Source: a virus (taxonomy: Duplodnaviria > Caudoviricetes). Taken from it: DNA of 44,291 bases. Made by a program: the position numbers and the translations under genes. The notes under the pieces are model-generated. The model did not search any database. It saw only the letters and a program-made list of their open reading frames with translations, and was not told where the DNA came from. Position 1 is the stretch's first letter; each line of letters opens with the position of its first letter. The DNA is taken from IMG/VR virus record IMGVR_UViG_3300012952_000032, positions 1 through 44,291 of that record. One strand, given 5' to 3'. Shown in pieces: positions 35,360-44,195 of this stretch.

Positions 35360-35575
35360 AATCGGCCTCCATTAAAAAAATGAAAGAAAGTAAACAGGTT
35401 CATACCTGCCATTCTCAGCCGACTAGGTGCGGCTAAACCCTTGCAACGTATCGTGCTGCAACGACTTAGCGCATTTAGAACGAGGTGCGACCTCGGCAAG
35501 TTTTACGTCATTACAGACGAGAAAAGACGTTTTTTACGTGTACGACACGGACAGTATCGCTCTATCATGCGTAAA
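35360..35575 (-). ncRNA. Structured 5' leader of the capsid gene (seven hairpins)
   Basis: Stems at 35395-35408, 35417-35434, 35441-35461, 35481-35495, 35506-35519, 35537-35549 and 35550-35566. Confidence 0.6.
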
Positions 35576-35579
35576 CTAC

Positions 35580-35608
35580 ATATTAGTGGGGCTAATTAAT
35601 CTTGTCAA
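35580..35608 (-). promoter_or_regulatory. sigma70-like capsid promoter with embedded operator
   Basis: TTGACA-N17-TAATAT; ATTAG-N5-CTAAT at 35582-35596. Confidence 0.8.
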
Positions 35609-35864
35609 ATGTATTAAACTCTGTATCACCTAATATTCTGTACTTAACAACCATGCCCCAAGGTATGACCATCGGGGTGTTGATGTACTCAGACTCATCT
35701 GGATACCAGTCCGTACACATAATAAGCCCTTCGTTTTCTTTAAACTCGATTAAGTACCCAACTGTGTTTCTAGTTACCGCCTTTAGTTCCTTGGCTTCTT
35801 CGAGCGTTAGATCACAAAAATCAATCCACGCATCTTTCCATGTAACCTCACATATTGGGTACAT
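35592..35864 (-). CDS. Hypothetical phage protein
   Basis: VTWKDA...VGYLI...IPWGMV pattern. Confidence 0.7.
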   Translation of the reverse strand: MYPICEVTWKDAWIDFCDLTLEEAKELKAVTRNTVGYLIEFKENEGLIMCTDWYPDESEYINTPMVIPWGMVVKYRILGDTEFNTFDKIN

Positions 35865-35870
35865 AATCCA

Positions 35871-36158
35871 TTACCATTTAACCTTATGCGACCAATAACG
35901 AGCACTTAGTTTAGAAGGGTTAGAGTCTTGGGCGTTATGCCTTGCGTAATACGATTTCTTTCGCGCTTTTTCTTTAGCAGTTTTAGGATTTTTACCCGCA
36001 CCCGACACACCTTGTTGGCCGAATCGGATAGTTTTTACCGTATCACCTTGTTTAGCTACGACAACATGGCTTTTTGTAGGGTGGCTAGGCGTTTTTTTAG
36101 GCTTGTTATACCCGCTAACACCTATCCTTGATAAAATTGGGTCTTTTTTCCTAGTCAT
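35871..36158 (-). CDS. Basic hypothetical protein
   Basis: KTIRFGQQG...YYARH...ARYWSHKVKW; GAGGAG SD. Confidence 0.75.
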   Translation of the reverse strand: MTRKKDPILSRIGVSGYNKPKKTPSHPTKSHVVVAKQGDTVKTIRFGQQGVSGAGKNPKTAKEKARKKSYYARHNAQDSNPSKLSARYWSHKVKW

Positions 36159-37219
36159 TACAGTACATCTCCTCGTAATCGGGCTATTGTTGCAGGGGGT
36201 AAGGCATTAAACTCGTCTTCAGACATATTACTAATGTCTAAAGGCTGCTCTCCATGTGCTGAACTGCTTTCGCCAGGGAGATTTGGTGGTTGTTGTTCGG
36301 CTGTTTTGAGTTTTTTAGCGACTTCACTACGTTTTTTAGCCACTTCGTCTACTGAAGGCTGCGTTTTCTTAGGCGCTTGGGTTTGTTGGGGGACTTCGGG
36401 CGCGGGAGCCGCTAAATTGTGCTCTGCAACCACGTATTTTACCGCTTTGTGCATAGCATCTGCGCCATCGTAGCCTTTCAGCCCAAGGGCTTCCGCTAAA
36501 TCAACAACTTCACTGGTTAATTGTTCGTTGTACTGCTCAGAATTCTGGTCAAATACAGGAAATTCGGCCTCAATCTGCTTACTTGCGTCCAAAATGGCAT
36601 TTTGTTGGTTAGAAACCTGTATTTCTTGGCGCATTTTCTGTTCAACTTCGAAAGTAATCTGCTCACGCTCGGCTGCACGTATCTCGGCTCGTTTTTTTGC
36701 AGCCGCTTCAGCCTGTCCGTCCAAAATTAAATTCTGAAGTTTGACTTCTTCGGCATCAAAATCGTATTTAGGTGCTTCTTTTGGTGCTTGTTCTTTGGCT
36801 TTAAGCTCTTCAAGCTCTTTTTGCATAGCCTTGTTCTTTTGAAGTACCTCATCTAGCCGTGTTTTAGGGACCATTGGTTTCTTAGGTTGCTCTGGTTCTT
36901 TAGCTTGTACTTCTTCTTTAGCAGGTTCTGCCTCTTCAGGCTGCTCGGCAACTGGTTCTTCCTGTTCTTCTTCGGTTTCAGCAGGTTCCTCAGATTCAGC
37001 ACTAACTTCCTCCGTTTCTTGAGTGATTTCTTCAACAGGTTCTTCCTCTGCAACAGCTTCCTCACTCACCTCCTGAGTTTGCTGTTCTTCTGGTTGTTCT
37101 GTTTCTTCTTCGCCTAATCCAAAATTAAGATCAATGTCTTCAGGCTTCTCAATTTCCTCAGAACCCGGCATTCTTTCGAATTCGATTGCTTCGTTTTGCG
37201 CTTCTTCTTTCTTAGCCAT
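36158..37219 (-). CDS. Capsid scaffolding protein
   Basis: Very acidic N-terminus, MVPKTRLDEV, coiled coil, MSEDEFNALP tail; lies between portal and capsid genes. Confidence 0.8.
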   Translation of the reverse strand: MAKKEEAQNEAIEFERMPGSEEIEKPEDIDLNFGLGEEETEQPEEQQTQEVSEEAVAEEEPVEEITQETEEVSAESEEPAETEEEQEEPVAEQPEEAEPAKEEVQAKEPEQPKKPMVPKTRLDEVLQKNKAMQKELEELKAKEQAPKEAPKYDFDAEEVKLQNLILDGQAEAAAKKRAEIRAAEREQITFEVEQKMRQEIQVSNQQNAILDASKQIEAEFPVFDQNSEQYNEQLTSEVVDLAEALGLKGYDGADAMHKAVKYVVAEHNLAAPAPEVPQQTQAPKKTQPSVDEVAKKRSEVAKKLKTAEQQPPNLPGESSSAHGEQPLDISNMSEDEFNALPPATIARLRGDVL

Positions 37220-39348
37220 TAGCTAACTCCAGTATCGGTTGGTGGGTTTGTTTGCTGCTTATTTGCCATTTGCATAGCTGTTGACGCTATTTTAGTTGCG
37301 GCCTGAGTATCCGATTGTCCTTTGCGGATTTCATTTGTGTTTGCAGAAAGTTCCCTTCTCAACTCAAGTTCTTGGTTTTTCATTGCCAGCTTAGATTGTA
37401 TTTCTGCAATCTGTAGCTGTGGCTGCACTTCGGCAGTGTCTGTAGCTTTCGCCATATTCAAGGCAGCTTCAGACTGAAGTTTTTGTACTTCAGCTTCGAG
37501 CTTCTGAATTTCAAGCTGTATGTTCATCATTTCAAGCTGATTCTGCATTGCCAAAATTTCAGCTTGCTCTGGAGTAGGCGGCTCTTGACCAGTTAGTTCG
37601 CGTATACGTTTAGCAAGCTCGCCTTTCTTAGTCAGGTGACTGTACTCAACAATGGCATCATCAGGAATCGCTACACCAACCTGTCTGAGATTCAATGCTT
37701 CAGCGAACTGAACCTCATCAAAACTATCCCGTGCGGGAGCAGTCGCTACGATCACATCGTATTCACCAATAGTCAGATCGTTTATAACGCGACCTTCTGG
37801 TGACATCTCATTGATGCGTAATTCTTCGCGGGGTTTCATCGGATCAGTCTCGTCTGTAATTTGGACAAGACGTTCTTCGGTGTAGAACTGTTGAACGCAG
37901 CGTAATATTTTTTCAGCAAGGTAATGTCTGGTTTTTCGCAAATTATCCAGTGGCACTTGAATCATGATAACGCCACGGTTTTGTTTTGCTTGGATCGCAA
38001 CACCAGAAACTTCCTGTCCGTCACTACCTAGCATTGAGTCATTTACACCAGAAATAGCTTTAATATTTCCCGCTGCTTTCTGACTAATACGATCCAGACC
38101 TGTCGGAATTGTATTGGGCTGTATCTTAGTAGGTGGATTAGTGCCTCTGGCATACTCAACTACCAAACCAGTCTGTGCGCCACTTTCTTCCAAGTCATCA
38201 GGAGTCATACCAACAAGCGAACCGGACTCAACCATCCAGCCGCTGTTTGCTGTTGTATTTACAATATGTAATTCCTGGGAAGCAATTTTGTTCAGTTGTT
38301 CTTGCGGAGATAATAAATTGCGTACCATGCCAAAAGGTCTACCACGACGGAAGTAAGCAAAATAAGGAACAATCGTAAATTCAGGGTAGGGCGACCAATC
38401 ATCATGGAGGACGCACTTATCGCAAGTAACTGTCCATCGAACTTTAGGAACAACTTTAGAAATTAAACTTAGCTGGTATTGTTTAGCAAATTTTTTCTTT
38501 TTCTGGTCAGACCAATTCGCAGGGGCGGGTCTTTGGTCGCCAGTCAGTGGATCAACATAATAATCGCAGCGCGACATCTTTTTATGCTGCCTTTCAATAA
38601 CTCGTAACGCTCGAACCTTCCTGTACTCGTCATCGCCTGGGATATGTTCTTCGTGTGTATCGGCATCACCGAATCGAGTTTCCTCGTATTCAATCGAATC
38701 ACGCCCATAAGAGTTGCCGTTCTCAGCAATAAAAGTTAATTTTTCCGCCTGTTTCTTGCCGTATAACTCTTCGATCTCGTCAAGTGTCATCCACCGAGTC
38801 TCAAAAAACTCTGTCCAAGAAGCCGGGTCATAATCTTTTGCATCAGGGTCGAGCAAAATGTCGCAGGGGTCTTTCGCTGTAATTCTCACTTCGCCCTGTG
38901 TGTGATCTGTAAAATCAATTCGCACATCGAAGTACCCACGACCATCCATAATCAAACCGTCAGAAAATACTTGCTGCTCTAGCCAGTCGAGTTTGTTGTT
39001 GTCTGCAATCTGCAAATACAGCTTGGTCAGTACGTCTGCTGTTTCCTGATCCCCACCGCGTCGGGGTTTGAACTGAATATCTGCTCGCCTCGATGACTGC
39101 TCGCCCAATACCGTATTCACTGTAGGCAAAATAGTATTAATAGTCAGAGCAGGGCGACCCTCCGCATCAAGCGTTGCGATGTCATTTGTATCCCATTGCT
39201 CCCCGCGATAATACGAGTCACATTTACGTGCCATCTCAATGTAGTCAGTATGTCCGTTATCTCGCGCACGGACGTACCGATGCCATTGCGTATCTGCAAT
39301 TTGCATTTCTTTTTCAGGGGCTAGATTCTTCGATTTTGAATAGGCCAT
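37219..39348 (-). CDS. Portal protein (P22-like)
   Basis: YYRGEQW...GRPALTIN, GMVRNLLSPQEQLNK, SGVAIQAKQ, GEYDVIV; C-terminal coiled-coil barrel. Confidence 0.92.
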   Translation of the reverse strand: MAYSKSKNLAPEKEMQIADTQWHRYVRARDNGHTDYIEMARKCDSYYRGEQWDTNDIATLDAEGRPALTINTILPTVNTVLGEQSSRRADIQFKPRRGGDQETADVLTKLYLQIADNNKLDWLEQQVFSDGLIMDGRGYFDVRIDFTDHTQGEVRITAKDPCDILLDPDAKDYDPASWTEFFETRWMTLDEIEELYGKKQAEKLTFIAENGNSYGRDSIEYEETRFGDADTHEEHIPGDDEYRKVRALRVIERQHKKMSRCDYYVDPLTGDQRPAPANWSDQKKKKFAKQYQLSLISKVVPKVRWTVTCDKCVLHDDWSPYPEFTIVPYFAYFRRGRPFGMVRNLLSPQEQLNKIASQELHIVNTTANSGWMVESGSLVGMTPDDLEESGAQTGLVVEYARGTNPPTKIQPNTIPTGLDRISQKAAGNIKAISGVNDSMLGSDGQEVSGVAIQAKQNRGVIMIQVPLDNLRKTRHYLAEKILRCVQQFYTEERLVQITDETDPMKPREELRINEMSPEGRVINDLTIGEYDVIVATAPARDSFDEVQFAEALNLRQVGVAIPDDAIVEYSHLTKKGELAKRIRELTGQEPPTPEQAEILAMQNQLEMMNIQLEIQKLEAEVQKLQSEAALNMAKATDTAEVQPQLQIAEIQSKLAMKNQELELRRELSANTNEIRKGQSDTQAATKIASTAMQMANKQQTNPPTDTGVS

Positions 39349-39351
39349 AAT

Positions 39352-40992
39352 TTATGCACTCATCGCTGATTTGCGTCGATCACCTTGTGTCATACCAACA
39401 AGCCGATCTCGCCAACTGGGTTCTTTAATTATTGGAGCCTGATAAGTTGCAAACTCCGTCATCATGAGGCCAAGCCATGCTAAAGCATCAACCTGATCGT
39501 CATGTGTACCATTGGGGAAACGTAAAAGTTCTGCTATCAGTGGACCGACCCAAGGCGCATCTTTAGGAAGGTAAACCATCCCTTGCTGCATACGACCCTG
39601 TATCGCTCGCGCTCTTGCTTCTTTATCACGCCTTCCTGTCTTTAAATCTTTGATATAGGCTTCGTATAAGCCCCTCTCTCGAATACGTTTTTCCAAAAAT
39701 GGTCCAAGTGCCATTTCGATGTGGCCTTTTTCGATGCCTATAATCGAAGGCTTCCATTGCTCATAAAAGTCCAGAATCTGTTCCACCAGTTCGAAACCGT
39801 CATAGCGACCGCGCACAACGTCCATAATAAAAAGACGATCATGCTCATCAACACCGATACACATACCCACACTATAGTCATTGCGGTCACGCTGACCGAT
39901 TGCCAAATCCCACGCTTGGTAATACCTAAGTCGTTCTTCATCAACATCCTCCGCTTGGTAATAATTAATCATCGTGCGGGTAAAATATTCTCCGTCATCT
40001 GCGACAGGGTTTTGTTGATACAGCGCAGACCAGTCTCGCGGCCCGACTGCTTTTCTGATTCGATCCAAACTGGGAACGTCGTACCTTTCAGGATGCAACG
40101 CTTCACCGGACTTTCTAAATTCTTCTTCCTCTTCAGCGATAGCGGGGTAGCGAACTACTTCCCATTCGTCACCGCCTTCGGTAGTACCTTTTAATAACCG
40201 ACCTGCCAGATCATCGTCATGCCACCGCGTCAGAATGACAAGCACTCCTCCGCCTGGGGCTAAACGTGTGTAGGCAGTTGACGTATACCAATCCCAATTG
40301 GCATCGCGGTTGTTTTGCGATTCGGCATCCTCGCGGTTTTTTACTGGGTCATCGATTACTAAAACGTGAGCACCTTTACCTGTAATACCACCGCCAACAC
40401 CTGCCGCGACAAATCCGCCTCCTTGTGTAGTCAGCCATGCTTCGGCACTCTGACTTTCAGGATCGAGGCGAGTTTTATCAAAAGCCGTTTTATAACTAGG
40501 CTCCCTTAACAAGTTACGCACTTTCCTACTAAAGCCCATTGCCAATGAGCCAGAATAAGAACAGCTAATAAATTCGTGTTCAGGGTTACGTCCCAAGTGC
40601 CAAGCAGGGAAAGCAATGCTGGCAAGTGTCGATTTGCCATGTCGGGGTGGCAAGAACAGCATCAACCTCGGAGATTCTTTAGCAACAACAGCACGGGAAA
40701 AATCTTCCAGGCGTTTACATACATCTTTATGGACCCAACCCGCCAGATATTCAGGATTAAATCTTTCAACAAACGGCAGTAATCTTTTACGTGTCAGAAT
40801 ACGAAGTGCTAGTTCTTCTCTTGCCATGTCCGATTCGGACTTCTTGGCAGTTGGCACTTCTTCTTTAACAACTGGCGGGGGCAACTTGTCAACTTCATCG
40901 GCTTTGCAATACACGCACAACCGACTACTGTTGACCAAAGTTTCATTGTAGAGATTTTTACATCTCTTACACTCAGCCTTCGCTATCTCCAT
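39352..40992 (-). CDS. terL: Terminase large subunit
   Basis: PPRHGKS Walker A, VLVIDDP Walker B, AWDLA and HDDQVDA nuclease motifs. Confidence 0.95.
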   Translation of the reverse strand: MEIAKAECKRCKNLYNETLVNSSRLCVYCKADEVDKLPPPVVKEEVPTAKKSESDMAREELALRILTRKRLLPFVERFNPEYLAGWVHKDVCKRLEDFSRAVVAKESPRLMLFLPPRHGKSTLASIAFPAWHLGRNPEHEFISCSYSGSLAMGFSRKVRNLLREPSYKTAFDKTRLDPESQSAEAWLTTQGGGFVAAGVGGGITGKGAHVLVIDDPVKNREDAESQNNRDANWDWYTSTAYTRLAPGGGVLVILTRWHDDDLAGRLLKGTTEGGDEWEVVRYPAIAEEEEEFRKSGEALHPERYDVPSLDRIRKAVGPRDWSALYQQNPVADDGEYFTRTMINYYQAEDVDEERLRYYQAWDLAIGQRDRNDYSVGMCIGVDEHDRLFIMDVVRGRYDGFELVEQILDFYEQWKPSIIGIEKGHIEMALGPFLEKRIRERGLYEAYIKDLKTGRRDKEARARAIQGRMQQGMVYLPKDAPWVGPLIAELLRFPNGTHDDQVDALAWLGLMMTEFATYQAPIIKEPSWRDRLVGMTQGDRRKSAMSA

Positions 40993-41518
40993 TGGTACTT
41001 TTAGGCTCCAAGTATTCTGTATCCTTACCAGCGATTTTAAGAAGGTCTTCGTCAGTCATCCGTTCGAGTTGTTTTGTGCCATTAATCTGTATGTTCACCT
41101 GAGTCTGCTGCTCCGGTTGTGCCAACCCATGCAGTTTGACCAGGGAATCAACTGTTGTTCTCATTTCTGTAGAATTTGCTGCTGCGGTGTACGACTCCAT
41201 GTACATGTGATGAGCGTTTGCTGTTGTAAATTTCACTTCTTCGCGCATCTGCTCTCTAAAATACTCAATGGCTTTTTGCACATTGGGCTTCTTGGCCGTT
41301 TCGTAAGCCAGTCTTCGCGTTGAATAACCTGCTGCTCTACCTGCTGCCGCGAGACTCATGCCACTGACATGTAACAAGACAAACTTTTCCTGTTGCATAG
41401 TCAACGAGCCATAATTTAAACCTGCATACGGTAAATGCGATTTAAACTCTGCCTCCGACATTTCTGAATCAATGTTAATGGAGGGGAGTGTTTCTTCCTC
41501 TGAGTGATGGAGTGCCAA
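40973..41518 (-). CDS. terS: Terminase small subunit
   Basis: LTMQQEKFV...AAAGRAAGYS HTH; directly upstream of TerL. Confidence 0.8.
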   Translation of the reverse strand: MALHHSEEETLPSINIDSEMSEAEFKSHLPYAGLNYGSLTMQQEKFVLLHVSGMSLAAAGRAAGYSTRRLAYETAKKPNVQKAIEYFREQMREEVKFTTANAHHMYMESYTAAANSTEMRTTVDSLVKLHGLAQPEQQTQVNIQINGTKQLERMTDEDLLKIAGKDTEYLEPKSTNGDSEG

Positions 41519-41768
41519 AAATTCTGTCCTTTACATTACTATCTAAGTACACAAACACAGGACGCTTTCGACTTTCGACAGCCTCTGTTTCTATAAGCTG
41601 TTTTTCAAAGTCAAAAGCGTCAAAATCAACGTAGCCAAGTTCAATAAGCAACTTGTTTACTGTTGTGGCATCGTAAACTAGTACCTCTGTTTTCCCATCT
41701 CTTGTGGTCTGACCAATAATGGCCGCTTCAAGCCCATCAAGACACAACACTTCCACTGTATGTTTCAT
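41475..41768 (-). CDS. Hypothetical protein, possibly leaderless
   Basis: DGLEAAIIG...LVYD motif; ATG 7 nt after a -10 box, no SD. Confidence 0.7.
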   Translation of the reverse strand: MKHTVEVLCLDGLEAAIIGQTTRDGKTEVLVYDATTVNKLLIELGYVDFDAFDFEKQLIETEAVESRKRPVFVYLDSNVKDRIFGTPSLRGRNTPLH

Positions 41769-41774
41769 TTGAGA

Positions 41775-41803
41775 ATATTAGTCCCACTAATCTTTATTTT
41801 CAA
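41775..41803 (-). promoter_or_regulatory. sigma70-like late promoter with embedded operator
   Basis: TTGAAA-N17-TAATAT; ATTAG-N5-CTAAT at 41777-41791. Confidence 0.75.
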
Positions 41804-42296
41804 CCGAAAAATCGTGTATGTTCTTGACCCACCAGAAAAACATATCGATATCCAGCACATGTCGCATGATGTTTGTACGGTAACAAACCAATTGTACATT
41901 GGCTTTATTGTATGCACCCTTTGGTTCTATGCGGTCTAGCGAGGCATTAAACTCTTTTCTACCTGAACCATCACGGTGATGAGTCATCTGCACCCCCGAT
42001 AAAGCGCACTTGCCTTTCTGCTGATCCCATAACTGCAAACAATCTTCTACAGTAAGCACATACGGGAGAAGCCCCTCGTTGTTCCTGTTGTTCTTTTTAT
42101 AAGAACTTTTGGAATACTGAAGAGCCTGTTGAAAATAACCCCGTGGGTTAGACGAAAACCGTTTACGACGCTGTATGCCGACGCAACTTCTACAAGTTTG
42201 CCGAACATAAGTGCCTTTGGAGTTTTTGCCTACCTCGAAGTTACTAATTGGTAGTTTTTGATTGCAGCTTTTGCATTGCCTTATGTCAGTTGACAA
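41787..42296 (-). CDS. HNH-like/Zn-finger endonuclease
   Basis: CKSC...CRSC, QKGKCALSG, SLDRI...Y...NVQLVC...N; TTG start behind GGAGG. Confidence 0.75.
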   Translation of the reverse strand: MSTDIRQCKSCNQKLPISNFEVGKNSKGTYVRQTCRSCVGIQRRKRFSSNPRGYFQQALQYSKSSYKKNNRNNEGLLPYVLTVEDCLQLWDQQKGKCALSGVQMTHHRDGSGRKEFNASLDRIEPKGAYNKANVQLVCYRTNIMRHVLDIDMFFWWVKNIHDFSVENKD

Positions 42297-42468
42297 GTGA
42301 CAGCCTCCAATCCTTAGAGCCAACTGCCACGATACAGCAATAACTGGGGCGGGGGTATCTCTGCTGTTGTATTTTTTGAAAAAATTTTTTGTAGTTTTTA
42401 TATCAGAATCACTGAGACACTATCTCCCCCTACAAGCAAAAACCCAACCCCAAACCGGAATTCGACAT

Positions 42469-42507
42469 TTGGAACCTTGTTTTTGATTTCAACTCTTGGA
42501 ACCTTGT
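42469..42507 (+). repeat. 12-bp direct repeat TTGGAACCTTGT x2
   Basis: 42469-42480 and 42496-42507, in the strand-switch region. Confidence 0.7.
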
Positions 42508-42588
42508 CCAGAAAACAACACTCACTCGTCCCTCGCTCGCAGTCAGTTGTTATTTGGAAGTTATTAATTATTAATTGACAAGAGACAA

Positions 42589-42825
42589 ATGACTATGAAC
42601 AACAACCACACACACAATCGACTAGACAATGAAGAAGTTTATTACGGATCAAAAGAACACATCGCATCTATCAAGAAGCAACAAGAAATAGATTCAAACA
42701 AGACTTGGGGAGACATCGCTTGGGACGTAGCAACTTACAAGGTTGTTGATCTACTCAAAGAGGTGACACTTACAGAGGTATTGATGGTAGGCATAGCCAT
42801 TGCTGTATTCGATACTGACAGCTAA
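42589..42825 (+). CDS. Hypothetical early protein
   Basis: First plus-strand ORF after the switch; weak SD. Confidence 0.6.
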   Translation: MTMNNNHTHNRLDNEEVYYGSKEHIASIKKQQEIDSNKTWGDIAWDVATYKVVDLLKEVTLTEVLMVGIAIAVFDTDS

Positions 42826-42841
42826 CAATTGCCACCTGATA

Positions 42842-43165
42842 ACTGGTACATGCCAAGTAACAACCCCCCGCCCGCGATGGGAGGAACGACGGTCTTGTAC
42901 CAGTTGTACCAGTTCTGTACCAGTAAAATCAAAATGCTGGGACAGGCTACACACCACGTACTTACTGGGCTAGACCAAATCTGTACCAGTTGTACCAGTT
43001 GTACCAGTGTTTTAGTTTGATTTCTCAAAAAAACAAAACCCTTAAATTCAATTCTGACCTGCTTACCGAAAAAGGTGGTACAGGTGGTACAACTGGTACA
43101 AGGCATCTAAACACTTGTTATTTATCACTTTTCACTTGTACCAGTACAACGGTACAACTGGTACA
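42842..43165. repeat. TGTACCAGT iteron-like array (candidate replication origin)
   Basis: Forward triplets 42896-42924 and 42982-43008; inverted triplet 43074-43100; extra copies at 42842, 43137 and 43157; AT-rich spacer. Confidence 0.75.
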
Positions 43166-43304
43166 AATCGCTCCATTCTGTGACAAATCACTAGTTTCAA
43201 CCAAAAACACGCAGTTTTAGCTCTAAAAAAGCGTCAAAAAACACCTCGCGCTGCTCGTTTTAGTCAGTTTTTGGCTCAAAAAACATCAAATTTAAGGAAA
43301 AAAC

Positions 43305-43427
43305 ATGAAAAAACACGAACAAATCACCAAAAAAGACCTCTTTTTTCTCTCATTAATGGCACTTGGCGGCTTCGGAACGGCAATTGGAGCCTATTTATTC
43401 ACCTATGCAGCATTTACCTACCTATAA
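43305..43427 (+). CDS. Small membrane protein, 40 aa (not in ORF track)
   Basis: TAAGGA SD; MKKHEQITKKDLFFLSLMALGGFGTAIGAYLFTYAAFTYL*. Confidence 0.65.
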   Translation: MKKHEQITKKDLFFLSLMALGGFGTAIGAYLFTYAAFTYL

Positions 43428-43437
43428 GGAAAAAACA

Positions 43438-43746
43438 ATGGACATCAACAAAGAACTACAACGACAAACAGCAAAGATAACTCAACACATAAACGACTTG
43501 TTCCCTGAATCATTAACAAACCGATCCCTGGCGGATGAGATACAGAACCCAATGAGTTCTCGTACATCATTTGGCGAGTGGCTCGAAGAATCTTGGAACA
43601 ACCAAACTGAAACCCGTGGTGAAATGTTGGAAGCGCAGTTTGAAAAACAGACCAAATACAATTGCCTGGAAGCCTATATAAATGCTGAATGGGCTTGGCA
43701 CTTGGAAGTGGAACATCGCGCTTGTGAAAACGGAGTTGATATTTAA
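43438..43746 (+). CDS. Hypothetical early protein
   Basis: Start moved to MDINKE behind a TAAGGA SD. Confidence 0.7.
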   Translation: MDINKELQRQTAKITQHINDLFPESLTNRSLADEIQNPMSSRTSFGEWLEESWNNQTETRGEMLEAQFEKQTKYNCLEAYINAEWAWHLEVEHRACENGVDI

Positions 43747-43898
43747 TGACTCAATATGGACGCAGGTACAAATACACACGGTCGTATCGAACAAAACAAC
43801 GTGTAAAGCAACAGTGGATCAAAGCATTAGTAATGATCTATTTCCCACTAATTACTGGCCTATCAGTTGGCTATTTAATCGCATTACAAATCACTTGA
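43746..43898 (+). CDS. Small basic membrane protein, 50 aa (not in ORF track)
   Basis: TAATG coupling, GGAG SD; MTQYGRRYKYTRSYRTKQRVKQQWIKALVMIYFPLITGLSVGYLIALQIT*. Confidence 0.6.
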   Translation: MTQYGRRYKYTRSYRTKQRVKQQWIKALVMIYFPLITGLSVGYLIALQIT

Positions 43899-43908
43899 GG
43901 AACTAAAT

Positions 43909-44190
43909 ATGGATTACGGAAATGGAACTTGTAAAACCTGTGGTGAAAACTTAATTGGGGATGGATGGACTGAGACAATTCATTGCCCCTATGCAGACGC
44001 AGAGTATGTTGAACCAGATGCTGATGCTATTTATTGCACACCGACCACTTGGTTTGAAGACCTTGTTGAAGACTATGTTAAAGGCCCGATTGCTGATTGG
44101 CGATGGCGTTTACAAAGCTGGGAGTATTTCAGGCACTTTATCAGACAAAGGGTAAGAAGAATTAGAAACAAACTAACTACAAAGGAGTAA
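43909..44190 (+). CDS. Hypothetical Cys-containing early protein
   Basis: GAGG SD; CKTCG...HCP...YC. Confidence 0.7.
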   Translation: MDYGNGTCKTCGENLIGDGWTETIHCPYADAEYVEPDADAIYCTPTTWFEDLVEDYVKGPIADWRWRLQSWEYFRHFIRQRVRRIRNKLTTKE

Positions 44191-44195
44191 GACGT

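Noticed and set aside
35427-35633. 68-aa plus-strand ORF across the capsid leader
   Set aside because: Opposite to the operon direction, GTG start without a convincing SD, and overlaps the promoter; the RNA structure explains the region better
9289-41323. Numerous plus-strand ORFs within the late block, and minus-strand ORFs within 1-7810
   Set aside because: Antisense shadows of well-supported genes, without recognisable motifs
42971-42980. TAGACCAAAT matching the integrase arm-type repeat
   Set aside because: Single 10-bp match 34 kb from attP; compatible with chance
42842-43165. CRISPR array, or the CTSCTTCTT / VQLVQLVQ ORFs as real genes
   Set aside because: Repeats are 9 bp, tandem and inverted, without unique spacers; the ORFs are just translations of the repeat
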